Shown here: piece by piece, positions 47,326 through 56,197 of the stretch
Numbering within the stretch: the stretch's first letter is position 1
Layout of the letters: every line of letters starts with the position of its first letter
Assembly (NCBI GenBank): GCA_949001935.1
Contig: CARJLX010000001.1
Location: 195,231 to 259,230 of the forward strand
Reading direction: 5' to 3'
Origin: an uncultured Eubacteriales bacterium
GTDB lineage: Bacteria; Bacillota; Clostridia; Christensenellales; UBA1242
Length of the DNA: 64,000 nucleotides
Position numbers and translations under genes: made by a program
The notes under the pieces: generated by a model
Seen by the model: the letters and a program-made list of their open reading frames with translations, nothing else
What the model was told of the DNA's origin: nothing
The model's database searches: none

Positions 47326-50304
47326 ATGGCTATATTTCAAGTTTCTAAAAAAAATAAGAAAGAAAAAAACACCGCCAATGCTAAAAAAATTACTGGTGCA
47401 ACTATGCTTGGTGTTGCCTCTGTTTTGTTCCTTTTTTCTGTAACGAGTTTATGGCCTTGGGCTCAAGGTGTTATTTTAGGCATTTTTGGGGTATTTATCT
47501 ATCCTCTTTGTATACTTTCTATGATTGTTGGGCTTGCTTTACTAAATAATCGTAGATATGTTATGAGTAAACGTTATGCTGTTTTTCTTTCTTTAAGCAT
47601 AATCTTTTTGCTTGCAATAATTCAACTAATAATCGTTGGAAACAAGTTTAATGTAGAAGGTGTGCAATATTCTTATGGGCAATATCTTGCTTTAAATTTT
47701 ACCCAAAAATGGACAGCTGGCGGAATTATTATTGGTCTTTTGACTACTTCGCTTTTAATTCCTCTCAATTTGGCTGGCACATATGTTATTTTATGTCTTG
47801 CACTTTTAATTTCTTGTGCTTTCTTTGCCGAGGCTTTGATAAGTTATCGCAAAAATGCAAATGTTAATGCACCTGTAAAAATTCAAATTAAAGAGAATAA
47901 AAAGAAAAATATTGATGTGGCAAGGCAAGAAGCAATTAAGCCTAAGGAAGAAATCAATATTGTTATGAATGGTGAAATTCAAGAAGAACTTGATCGTGAG
48001 AAGAATGCCAAAGCCATGGCAGGCTTAACTCGAACTATGACAACAGACAATAATTTTTTTGGAGCTTATAATAGTAAGCCAGAGCCGAAACAAAAAGGGG
48101 GTATTCCTGAAGGGAAAAGTGTTAAGGAATATCTTCTTGAACCCCCAACTGTTGATATGGAAGAGTTTTTTGCAAGGCAACAAAAGTTTACTCGTACTCA
48201 TGCCAAAACTCAACCTCAAACAATTGACATGGGAGAGGCTAAGTCAAAAATAGATAATAATATAAATTCATTGAAGGAAAATGATTATATAAAACCAACT
48301 CAGCATGTTTACGAAGCCCAGTATGATTTCTCACAAGAACAAGCACCAATAAAGCGTGGAAATCTTCCAGAAATTAAGCCTGAAGAGTTATTGTCTGAAG
48401 CTGATAACATAATTTTTAATGCTACTAGAGAGGAACTTGCTGATCTTGGCGAAGATATTTCCTTTGCTAAAAATGATGATGACGATTTTATTATTAGACG
48501 AGATAGCAATATCACAGCAAGAGAAGAAGATATGCACAAGTCTACAAATGACGAGATAAACACTTCATTCACTTCACGAAGTGATGGTTATTTACGCGAT
48601 ACTACAGGTTATTCGCGTGTTAGTGAAAGTGAGAATTTGGCTAGGGAGCGTAATTTAGAAAACCTAACTTCTTTAACAGATCGTAGTGGAAGAGATAATT
48701 TAGCTAGAGGCTTAGACAGGCGTGAAGGCAATTTAACTAGAGATAATGATATGTCTAGACGGGGAGGACTTGAAAATAACGATCGTTCTCGCAGGTTTGA
48801 TGTGTCACAAAATAAACCGCAAGAAAAGGAAGTTAGATTTAAGCCTTATAAGTATTCAAAACCTTCTATTGATTTAATAACAACAGCATCTGACGACCTT
48901 TCTTTATTGAATGGTGAAGTTCCTGCAAAGCGTGTAGCTCTTGAAAATGCTCTTGAAAAATTTGGTGTTCCAGCAAAAGTTGTTAGTGTTGTTATTGGAC
49001 CAACTGTAACTCGTTATGAAATTGCTATGCCAGAGGGTATAAGCGTTAAGAAAATCCTCTCTCTTGATGCAGATATAGCTTATGCTCTTTCAGCTCGTGG
49101 GCAAATAAGAATTGAAGCACCTGTGCCAGGTCGCAGTATTGTAGGTATTGAAGTGCCAAACGATAAGGTTGCAAAAGTTTCTATTAAGGATGTGTTGATG
49201 AGTAAGGAATTTACTATGTCACCATCTCCACTCGCTTTTTCTCTTGGTAAAGATATCACAGGTACCGTTAGAGTTTGTAACCTAGCCAAAATGCCTCACT
49301 TACTTGTTGCAGGTACAACTGGTTCGGGTAAGAGTGTGTGCTTGAATGCTATAATTGTTAGTATTTTGTACAAAGCTTCTCCGGATGATGTTAAATTTAT
49401 TATGATTGACCCTAAACAAGTTGAACTTTCTATGTATGAGGGGCTTCCTCATATGGTTGTTCCAAAGGTTATTACTGATGCGACTAAGGCTGTTAATGCT
49501 CTTCAGTGGGCTGTTGATGAAATGGAGCGAAGATTTAATCTTATCAGTGAGGCAAGAGTTCGTAATATCGATGAGTATAATAAGACAGAAGATGTTGTTA
49601 GTGGAAAGAAAAAGAAGATACCTTTCCTAGTTATAATTTTTGATGAGTTTGCCGACTTTATGCTTGTTGCTAAGAATGAGATTGAAGATAAAATTATGCG
49701 ACTTGCACAAAAGGCGAGAGCTGCAGGTATTCACTTAATTTTGGCAACACAACGTCCTTCAACCGATGTTGTGACTGGAACTATTAAAGCCAACTTCCCA
49801 GCTCGTATAGCCTTTAAGGTGGCAAGTAGGGTAGATGGTGAAGTTATTATGGGTTCTCCTGGTGCTGAAAAACTTCTTGGCTATGGTGATATGCTTTATA
49901 AACCTTCTGATTCTGCTCCTGCCAGAATTCAAGGCTGCTTTATTGATACTCCAGAGACTAAAGATGTCGTTAATTTTATTATTGAGAATAACGAAGAAAC
50001 CTATGATGAAGAGGCATTTAATGCAATTAATAATCCAGGCAAACCTTCTGGTAATGGCAGTGGAGATGATAATTCGGGGATGGATCCACTTCTTCCTCAA
50101 GCACTTAAGATTTGTATTGATGTTGGTGTAGCTTCTACAACAATGGTTCAAAGAAAACTTTCAATTGGCTATCCTCGTGCTGCAAGAATTATTGACCAAA
50201 TGGAGGAGCGAGGTTATATTTCTTCGGCAGAAGGCTCTAAACAGCGTACAGTTTATACAAGTATAGAAGAGTTCTATGAGATTTTTGGAGATACTTATGA
50301 ATAA
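47326..50304 (+). CDS. ftsK: DNA translocase FtsK/SpoIIIE
   Basis: N-terminal TM helices and a long low-complexity linker. Motor: LLVAGTTGSGKSV Walker A, LVIIFDEFAD Walker B, ATQRPS. C-terminal gamma wHTH: ASTTMVQRKLSIGYPRAARIIDQMEERGYIS. Confidence 0.95.
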   Translation: MAIFQVSKKNKKEKNTANAKKITGATMLGVASVLFLFSVTSLWPWAQGVILGIFGVFIYPLCILSMIVGLALLNNRRYVMSKRYAVFLSLSIIFLLAIIQLIIVGNKFNVEGVQYSYGQYLALNFTQKWTAGGIIIGLLTTSLLIPLNLAGTYVILCLALLISCAFFAEALISYRKNANVNAPVKIQIKENKKKNIDVARQEAIKPKEEINIVMNGEIQEELDREKNAKAMAGLTRTMTTDNNFFGAYNSKPEPKQKGGIPEGKSVKEYLLEPPTVDMEEFFARQQKFTRTHAKTQPQTIDMGEAKSKIDNNINSLKENDYIKPTQHVYEAQYDFSQEQAPIKRGNLPEIKPEELLSEADNIIFNATREELADLGEDISFAKNDDDDFIIRRDSNITAREEDMHKSTNDEINTSFTSRSDGYLRDTTGYSRVSESENLARERNLENLTSLTDRSGRDNLARGLDRREGNLTRDNDMSRRGGLENNDRSRRFDVSQNKPQEKEVRFKPYKYSKPSIDLITTASDDLSLLNGEVPAKRVALENALEKFGVPAKVVSVVIGPTVTRYEIAMPEGISVKKILSLDADIAYALSARGQIRIEAPVPGRSIVGIEVPNDKVAKVSIKDVLMSKEFTMSPSPLAFSLGKDITGTVRVCNLAKMPHLLVAGTTGSGKSVCLNAIIVSILYKASPDDVKFIMIDPKQVELSMYEGLPHMVVPKVITDATKAVNALQWAVDEMERRFNLISEARVRNIDEYNKTEDVVSGKKKKIPFLVIIFDEFADFMLVAKNEIEDKIMRLAQKARAAGIHLILATQRPSTDVVTGTIKANFPARIAFKVASRVDGEVIMGSPGAEKLLGYGDMLYKPSDSAPARIQGCFIDTPETKDVVNFIIENNEETYDEEAFNAINNPGKPSGNGSGDDNSGMDPLLPQALKICIDVGVASTTMVQRKLSIGYPRAARIIDQMEERGYISSAEGSKQRTVYTSIEEFYEIFGDTYE

Positions 50305-51616
50305 GCAAGAATTGTTAAACAAAAGAATCTCAGCCATTTCGCTTGGTTGTGATAAAAATAAAGTCGACCTAGAAAAAATGCTAGGTCGACTTCAAGCATA
50401 TGGTTTTCAAATAACAGGCGAGGCGACAGGCGCTGATATAGTTATTGTGAATACTTGTGCCTTTATTGAACCTGCAAAACAAGAAGCTATTTCAACGATA
50501 TTTGAAATGATAGACCTTAAAAATAAAGGTGTTATTGAAAAAGTTATTGTTTCAGGATGTCTTCCTCAAAGATATTTAAATGAAATTAAAGACCAAATTC
50601 CTGAGGTAGACAAATTTATACTTCTCCGTGAAAATGACGATATCTGTCAAGTGATTGAAGGGCTTTATGATGTTAAACAATCAAAAGCTAATGATAAATT
50701 TCAACGCGTTATAACAAGTTCTCCAAGCTTTGCTTATCTTAAAATTGCTGATGGTTGCAATAATGTTTGTGCTTTTTGTGCTATCCCAAGAATTCGCGGA
50801 AGATATAAAAGTACACCAATAGAAGAACTTGTTGAAGAGGCTAAAAATCTTGTTTCTCGTGGGGTAAAGGAGATAATTTTAGTAGCGCAAGATATAACTC
50901 GTTATGGTGAGGATTTATATAATAAAAATTGTTTGATTGAACTTTGCAATATGTTATGTAAAATAAAAGGGTTGGAGTGGATTAGACTTCATTACACTTA
51001 TCCAGAGAAGGTGGATAAAACACTTTTAGATTACATATCTACTAATCCAAAAATTTGCAATTATATCGACATTCCTCTTCAACATATAGATAACGATATT
51101 TTGAAGAGTATGAGGCGTAAGATTGATGAAGAGGGAACTCGAAATTTAATAGATTTATTACATCAATATCCTTCTATTAAAGTTCGTTCTACCTTTATTG
51201 TTGGCTACCCGAACGAGGGTGGAAGAGAATTTAAAAAATTACTCGATTTCTTGAAAGAGGCTAGTCTTGATTATGTAGGGTTCTTTCCTTATTATCAAGA
51301 AGAAGGCACTGCAAGTTTCTACATGAAAGGACATAATAAAAAATTCATTAAGCAGAAGCGTTTAAAGAAGGCTCGAAAGGTTCAAAATGCTATTGCGGAA
51401 GGTAAAGCATTTACCGAACTTGGACAAACTATTAAAGTTCTTGTTGATTTTTTTGACGAAAGCACTGGTGAATTTGTAGGGCATAGCGAATATCTTTCTC
51501 CAACAGTTGACTTTGATGTTCGTTTTGTGGATAATGGAAATATAAATATTTCAACTTTTGTTAATGTTAAGATTTATGATTTTGACGGAAAGAGTTTTAA
51601 AGGAGAGGTTGTATGA
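50297..51616 (+). CDS. rimO: Ribosomal protein S12 methylthiotransferase
   Basis: ISLGCDKN, radical-SAM CNNVCAFCAIP, C-terminal TRAM-like region. The ATG at 50297 overlaps the ftsK stop. Confidence 0.85.
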   Translation: MNKQELLNKRISAISLGCDKNKVDLEKMLGRLQAYGFQITGEATGADIVIVNTCAFIEPAKQEAISTIFEMIDLKNKGVIEKVIVSGCLPQRYLNEIKDQIPEVDKFILLRENDDICQVIEGLYDVKQSKANDKFQRVITSSPSFAYLKIADGCNNVCAFCAIPRIRGRYKSTPIEELVEEAKNLVSRGVKEIILVAQDITRYGEDLYNKNCLIELCNMLCKIKGLEWIRLHYTYPEKVDKTLLDYISTNPKICNYIDIPLQHIDNDILKSMRRKIDEEGTRNLIDLLHQYPSIKVRSTFIVGYPNEGGREFKKLLDFLKEASLDYVGFFPYYQEEGTASFYMKGHNKKFIKQKRLKKARKVQNAIAEGKAFTELGQTIKVLVDFFDESTGEFVGHSEYLSPTVDFDVRFVDNGNINISTFVNVKIYDFDGKSFKGEVV

Positions 51617-52710
51617 ATACACCAAATAAAATAACATTAGTAAGGATTTGTTTAATTCCTTTTATTGTGTTTTTCTATCTTGCAAATTTTATTCCTTGGG
51701 GACAATTTATAGCAGGCACTATTTTTGTTGTTGCTTGTTTTACAGATTTTTTTGATGGTTATCTTGCAAGAAAAAATAATCAAGTGACAACTTTAGGGAA
51801 ATTTTTAGATACAATTGCAGATAAAATTCTCATAATGACAGCACTTTTATTAATTATTGCAACTCCAATTGCAAATGTTAATGGGGTGGCTCAAGGCATT
51901 ATTCGCCCAGAATGGTTTGGAATAGTTTGTGCTATTTTAATTTTAATGCGTGAATTCGCTGTTTCTGCACTTCGTCAAGTTGCAGCAAGTAAAGGCGTTG
52001 TTCTTGCCGCAGAAAAATCTGGCAAGGTTAAAGCCGTTTTCCAATTTATCACACTTGCTTTATATTTCTTCTATGCATTTTTTGTAGTTGAGTTTTATAA
52101 TGGTGAACTGGCTGTTCATAAAACTGCAAATTCAGTGATGGCTATTATTTTACTAGTTTTACTTGCTATTACTACTATTTTAACCATATCTTCTGGCATT
52201 GGATATTTATATAAAAATAAGCAAGCTTTTGTTGACCCTAGAAAGGTTGAAGAAAAATCAAATGAAAACATGGTTTTATTTGTTGAAACTGCTCAAGAAG
52301 AAAAGAAAGAAGATAATAATGTAGAAACTGAAAATGTTGAAACTATTAAATCAACTCCAAAAAGACCTTCACAATCTAAAACTACTACTAAAAAGAAACC
52401 TGCCAAAAAGAAGAGTTATCCAACAGCAGTTAAACCAAAAATAGATTTGGCTAATAGAGAATTTCAATCTGATAATAATGGCAGAGAATATGATGCACTT
52501 ATTCCACAGGCTCTTGATATGTTCTGGGAAAAAGGTTGGGCTTCAACAACAATGCTTCAAAAACATTTAGGCGTTGGTTATCCAAGAGCTTCAAAAATTA
52601 TTGATCAAATGGAAGAACTTGGTTATATCTCATCAAATCAAGGAGCCAAAACAAGAACTGTTTTGATTTCTAAAGAAGAATTTGAAAAAAACGGCAAGCT
52701 TTTTAAATAA
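51613..52710 (+). CDS. pgsA: CDP-diacylglycerol--glycerol-3-phosphate 3-phosphatidyltransferase fused to a C-terminal FtsK-gamma-like winged-helix domain
   Basis: CDP-alcohol phosphatidyltransferase motif DFFDGYLARKNNQVTTLGKFLDTIADK and about 6 TM helices (aa 1-205). This is followed by a K/E-rich linker, then ASTTMLQKHLGVGYPRASKIIDQMEELGYIS (aa 293-365). Confidence 0.85.
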   Translation: MNTPNKITLVRICLIPFIVFFYLANFIPWGQFIAGTIFVVACFTDFFDGYLARKNNQVTTLGKFLDTIADKILIMTALLLIIATPIANVNGVAQGIIRPEWFGIVCAILILMREFAVSALRQVAASKGVVLAAEKSGKVKAVFQFITLALYFFYAFFVVEFYNGELAVHKTANSVMAIILLVLLAITTILTISSGIGYLYKNKQAFVDPRKVEEKSNENMVLFVETAQEEKKEDNNVETENVETIKSTPKRPSQSKTTTKKKPAKKKSYPTAVKPKIDLANREFQSDNNGREYDALIPQALDMFWEKGWASTTMLQKHLGVGYPRASKIIDQMEELGYISSNQGAKTRTVLISKEEFEKNGKLFK

Positions 52711-52735
52711 AATATTACAAATTTAAAGAGGAAAT

Positions 52736-53740
52736 ATGGAATATAAAATTTATATTTTTAATAATGATAAACTTCAAGATATTGATTTTGATTTTCTTGG
52801 CTTACAAAATATTTTGGCTAGTTATAACGCAGATATTTCTGTTTTTACACTACAAAAATTTGATAAGTCTTTAGTTAGTGAAATTATAAAAGAGGGTGGC
52901 AATCTTATCTTATTTTTTAGAAATCAAGATATAGATGATGTTATTTGCGATAATATCAAAATTTTGGGAAATAACAAGCATATTATTGATGACCAAATTG
53001 CATTATTTAATAATGATGATAAAAAAATTGTTTTTGTACCTTATGATCTTAATTGGAAGGTCTTGTTGGGTAAAATTAACTTTAATCCAAAAAGAGGTAA
53101 TAAAACATGCACATTTAAATTGTTTAGTGTTTCCAAAAAGCGTGTTGAAGAAATTCTCAGTGGATTAAAAAATGAAATTGATTCACTTGAATATAGTGTT
53201 CTTAGTCGCAGGCTTCTTGTGGATGTGTACATATCTTATAATGGAACTGACGACCTTATTGATGATAATCAAGTGAAAATTGCAACTGCATTTAGAGATT
53301 TTATTTATAGTGAAAATAGTTTGGGGCTTTCTAGAAGTATTAGGCAGATAGTTAATTTGAAAGGTATTAAACTTGCTATTTGCGAGGGTATAACTGGGGG
53401 GTCTATTCTTAAAGAAATTTGTAGTAATATTTGTATAAAAGAGTTGTTAGCCGAAGGAAGGGTGGAATATTTAAAGGGTGATATTACGGCTGACGAGGTT
53501 TACAAACAAACTTTAACATTATTTGATGATAAAGATAATCAAGATATCTTTGCAATAAATGTGCAAGGTAAGTTTGAAGAAGATGGTATAACTTGTATAT
53601 ACGCTATGGGCAATAAAAACTCGATAGATGTTTATAAAAATACCTTTAAAGTAAGAAAGGAAGAGGCAGTTGAATATGCTGTTGAAGCAATTTTATTTAA
53701 CATTGTTAAAAAATTACGCCAAAATAATTTGTCTTTTTAA
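52736..53740 (+). CDS. CinA-like protein, strongly diverged (call rests mainly on synteny)
   Basis: Sits in the conserved pgsA-cinA-recA position. LAICEGITGGSILKEI resembles the ESCTGG motif of the CinA/PncC C-terminal domain. The N-terminal MoCF-like motifs are not recognisable. Confidence 0.45.
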   Translation: MEYKIYIFNNDKLQDIDFDFLGLQNILASYNADISVFTLQKFDKSLVSEIIKEGGNLILFFRNQDIDDVICDNIKILGNNKHIIDDQIALFNNDDKKIVFVPYDLNWKVLLGKINFNPKRGNKTCTFKLFSVSKKRVEEILSGLKNEIDSLEYSVLSRRLLVDVYISYNGTDDLIDDNQVKIATAFRDFIYSENSLGLSRSIRQIVNLKGIKLAICEGITGGSILKEICSNICIKELLAEGRVEYLKGDITADEVYKQTLTLFDDKDNQDIFAINVQGKFEEDGITCIYAMGNKNSIDVYKNTFKVRKEEAVEYAVEAILFNIVKKLRQNNLSF

Positions 53741-53783
53741 TTGATTTTTGGTAAACTATTTTAGAAAGGATATAGGTGAATTT

Positions 53784-54806
53784 ATGGATAAGAAAGATTT
53801 GAAAAAAGACGCATTAGAACAGGCGTTATTACAGATTGAAAAGGAATATGGCAAGGGTGCTATTATGAAACTTGGTGATCAATCTCATCAAAAGATTGAT
53901 GTGATTCCAACTGGATGTTTAACTTTGGATATGGCACTTGGAATAGGTGGTGTACCAAGAGGTAGAATTATTGAGATTTATGGACCTGAATCATCAGGTA
54001 AAACAACAGTTTCTTTGCATATCGTTGCAGAAACACAAAAACTTGGTGGAACAGCTGCATTTATTGATGCAGAACATGCTCTTGATCCAAGTTATGCAGA
54101 GAAGTTGGGTGTTAATCTTCAAGAACTTTATATTTCTCAGCCTGATAATGGTGAACAGGCTTTGAATATCACAGAAATGCTTGTTAAATCTGGTTCTATT
54201 GATATAGTAGTGGTTGACTCTGTAGCTGCTTTAACTCCAAAGGCAGAAATAGATGGAGAAATGGGTGATAACCATGTTGGTCTTCAAGCAAGAATGATGA
54301 GTCAAGCACTTAGAAAGTTGACAGGAACGGTAAATAAAAGCAAAACAACTGTTATTTTTATCAATCAACTTCGTGAAAAGATTGGCGTTATGTTCGGTTC
54401 CCCAGAAACAACTACTGGTGGTAAAGCATTAAAATTCTATGCAAGTATTCGTCTTGATGTTAGAAAAACAGATACAATCAAAGATGGCGCTAACATTATT
54501 GGAAACAGAACTAAGGTTAAAGTTGTAAAAAATAAACTTGCACCTCCATTTAAAACTGCCGAGTTTGACATTGTTTATGGAAAGGGAATAAGCCAAGTGG
54601 GTTGCCTTGTTGACCTTGCACTTAATGCTGGGATCATTGGCAAGTCTGGTTCATGGTTTTCTTACAATGACGAAAAAGTTGCCCAAGGTAAGGAAAATGT
54701 TAAAACTTATCTTGAAAATAATCAAGACATTTACAATGAAATTATGGAAAAGGTTAAAGCTTCAACAGGACTTATAGAGAGTGAAGTTGAAGAGGATGAA
54801 GAATAA
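53784..54806 (+). CDS. recA: Recombinase RecA
   Basis: [56 protein letters not shown]. Confidence 0.97.
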   Translation: MDKKDLKKDALEQALLQIEKEYGKGAIMKLGDQSHQKIDVIPTGCLTLDMALGIGGVPRGRIIEIYGPESSGKTTVSLHIVAETQKLGGTAAFIDAEHALDPSYAEKLGVNLQELYISQPDNGEQALNITEMLVKSGSIDIVVVDSVAALTPKAEIDGEMGDNHVGLQARMMSQALRKLTGTVNKSKTTVIFINQLREKIGVMFGSPETTTGGKALKFYASIRLDVRKTDTIKDGANIIGNRTKVKVVKNKLAPPFKTAEFDIVYGKGISQVGCLVDLALNAGIIGKSGSWFSYNDEKVAQGKENVKTYLENNQDIYNEIMEKVKASTGLIESEVEEDEE

Positions 54807-54811
54807 AAAAA

Positions 54812-54836
54812 CTCTTTCGTAAAGAAAGAGTTTTTT
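54812..54836. terminator. Bidirectional rho-independent terminator
   Basis: ctctttc / gaaagag stem flanked by A6 and T6. Confidence 0.75.
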
Positions 54837-54842
54837 ATAATT

Positions 54843-56153
54843 TTATTCTTGGCTAGGTGAATAGATTTGGCTACATTCATCACTTAAAGTTTGTGAATAG
54901 GTTTGATAATCTTGATTAGTTGTTTTATAAACATTTGCATGAGCATTTTGTAAAAGATTATCAATAGAAACTTGAGAAGATAATGCTGAGTTGATTGAAA
55001 CAACATACTCTCCAACTTTGAGTGAAATCAAAATATTATCATCATCACGAACAACAATAACACCATTATTTTGAGCTACATTTTCTATAATTTGCTCAAC
55101 AATTATAGGTTGCATTTTGTTGTCTAGCATAAATTTAGTTTGAGTATATTCACCATCTTTAATAGACATATGGCTATATTGTTTATAATAAGTGAGATTT
55201 TTTATTTTATTTACGAAATTAATCTCAGTTGTGCCAAATTCTTTATCGTTTTCTCCATTCATTATAGCTTTTGAAATATCTTCTAATTCATTAAGTCTAA
55301 AATCATTATTCTTTTCAAATTGAGATGATAAAAAGTTTTGATTTTGATTTAAAAGTTCTAAAGTCTTATCTGCTACAAAACTTTCATATGTAAAAATAGA
55401 ATGATTAGTAATGTAATTTTTAAGTCCTTCCAAATCATAAACATTTTCAGGTGAACGATATAATGAGTAAAGAACAGTTAAATCTTTTGCTGTGAAGGAA
55501 GTAGAAGTTTTTGATAAGATAACTGAATCTTCCTTTTCTTCAAGCCCTAAAAGTTTTGCAAAAGCAGATTTAATTTGCTTTGAAAGTGCAAGTTCACTAT
55601 TCAAGCTATCTTTTTGAAGCAAGATTGATGCGTTATAAATTTCATTGCCATCTATATTTTCACTTAAATCTTTAAGTTGATAGGTGAGTGAGGTTTGTAA
55701 ATTCTCATTATCGCCAAGACAGAGATTAATGGCATAAGGATTTTTTAAATCGTTATCGTTAGGATTGTAATTCAACTCAAACGCATATTTCTTATTAATA
55801 AATTCAAAGGTGTCGTTGATTTCATCAAGGCAAAATTCGATAACATCTTTTTGTTTATCGTTTGTTTCGAAATTAACATTAACAGGCGTTGTCTTACTTT
55901 CTATTGACATTGGAAGACGATAAAAATTATTTCCAGAAAATAAAGCATGTTCTTCACCATATTGTTCTTCAAGTTCTGTCATAATTTTTTCTTGAGATAA
56001 AAGAGGGTAGTTAGCTTTAATATCATCTAATGAAAGTGTGTCATTTCCATTTTTACAACCTGCAAAACCTGCAAGTAGAGTTGCAGAAAGTCCTAAAACA
56101 GAAAGTGTTTTTAGGGCTTTTCCAAAACAAGGTTTATATTTAGCATTTTTCAT
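54843..56153 (-). CDS. Hypothetical lipoprotein
   Basis: Signal peptide with lipobox LLAGFAGC. 436 aa, no domain recognised. Confidence 0.6.
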   Translation of the reverse strand: MKNAKYKPCFGKALKTLSVLGLSATLLAGFAGCKNGNDTLSLDDIKANYPLLSQEKIMTELEEQYGEEHALFSGNNFYRLPMSIESKTTPVNVNFETNDKQKDVIEFCLDEINDTFEFINKKYAFELNYNPNDNDLKNPYAINLCLGDNENLQTSLTYQLKDLSENIDGNEIYNASILLQKDSLNSELALSKQIKSAFAKLLGLEEKEDSVILSKTSTSFTAKDLTVLYSLYRSPENVYDLEGLKNYITNHSIFTYESFVADKTLELLNQNQNFLSSQFEKNNDFRLNELEDISKAIMNGENDKEFGTTEINFVNKIKNLTYYKQYSHMSIKDGEYTQTKFMLDNKMQPIIVEQIIENVAQNNGVIVVRDDDNILISLKVGEYVVSINSALSSQVSIDNLLQNAHANVYKTTNQDYQTYSQTLSDECSQIYSPSQE

Positions 56154-56197
56154 ATAAATATTATATCATATTTAATAAATTTTGTCAATACTTTGTA

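Noticed and set aside
47237-47443. A 68-aa ORF overlapping the ftsK promoter and start.
   Set aside because: It spans a terminator hairpin and the ftsK RBS and has no RBS of its own. The ftsK frame explains the region.
48540-48830. Degenerate Arg/Asn/Leu-rich repeats (…NLARERNLENLTS…RDNLARGLDRREGNLTRDN…) in the FtsK linker.
   Set aside because: Low-complexity, variable linkers between the membrane and motor domains are normal for FtsK/SpoIIIE. There is no exact DNA repeat unit.
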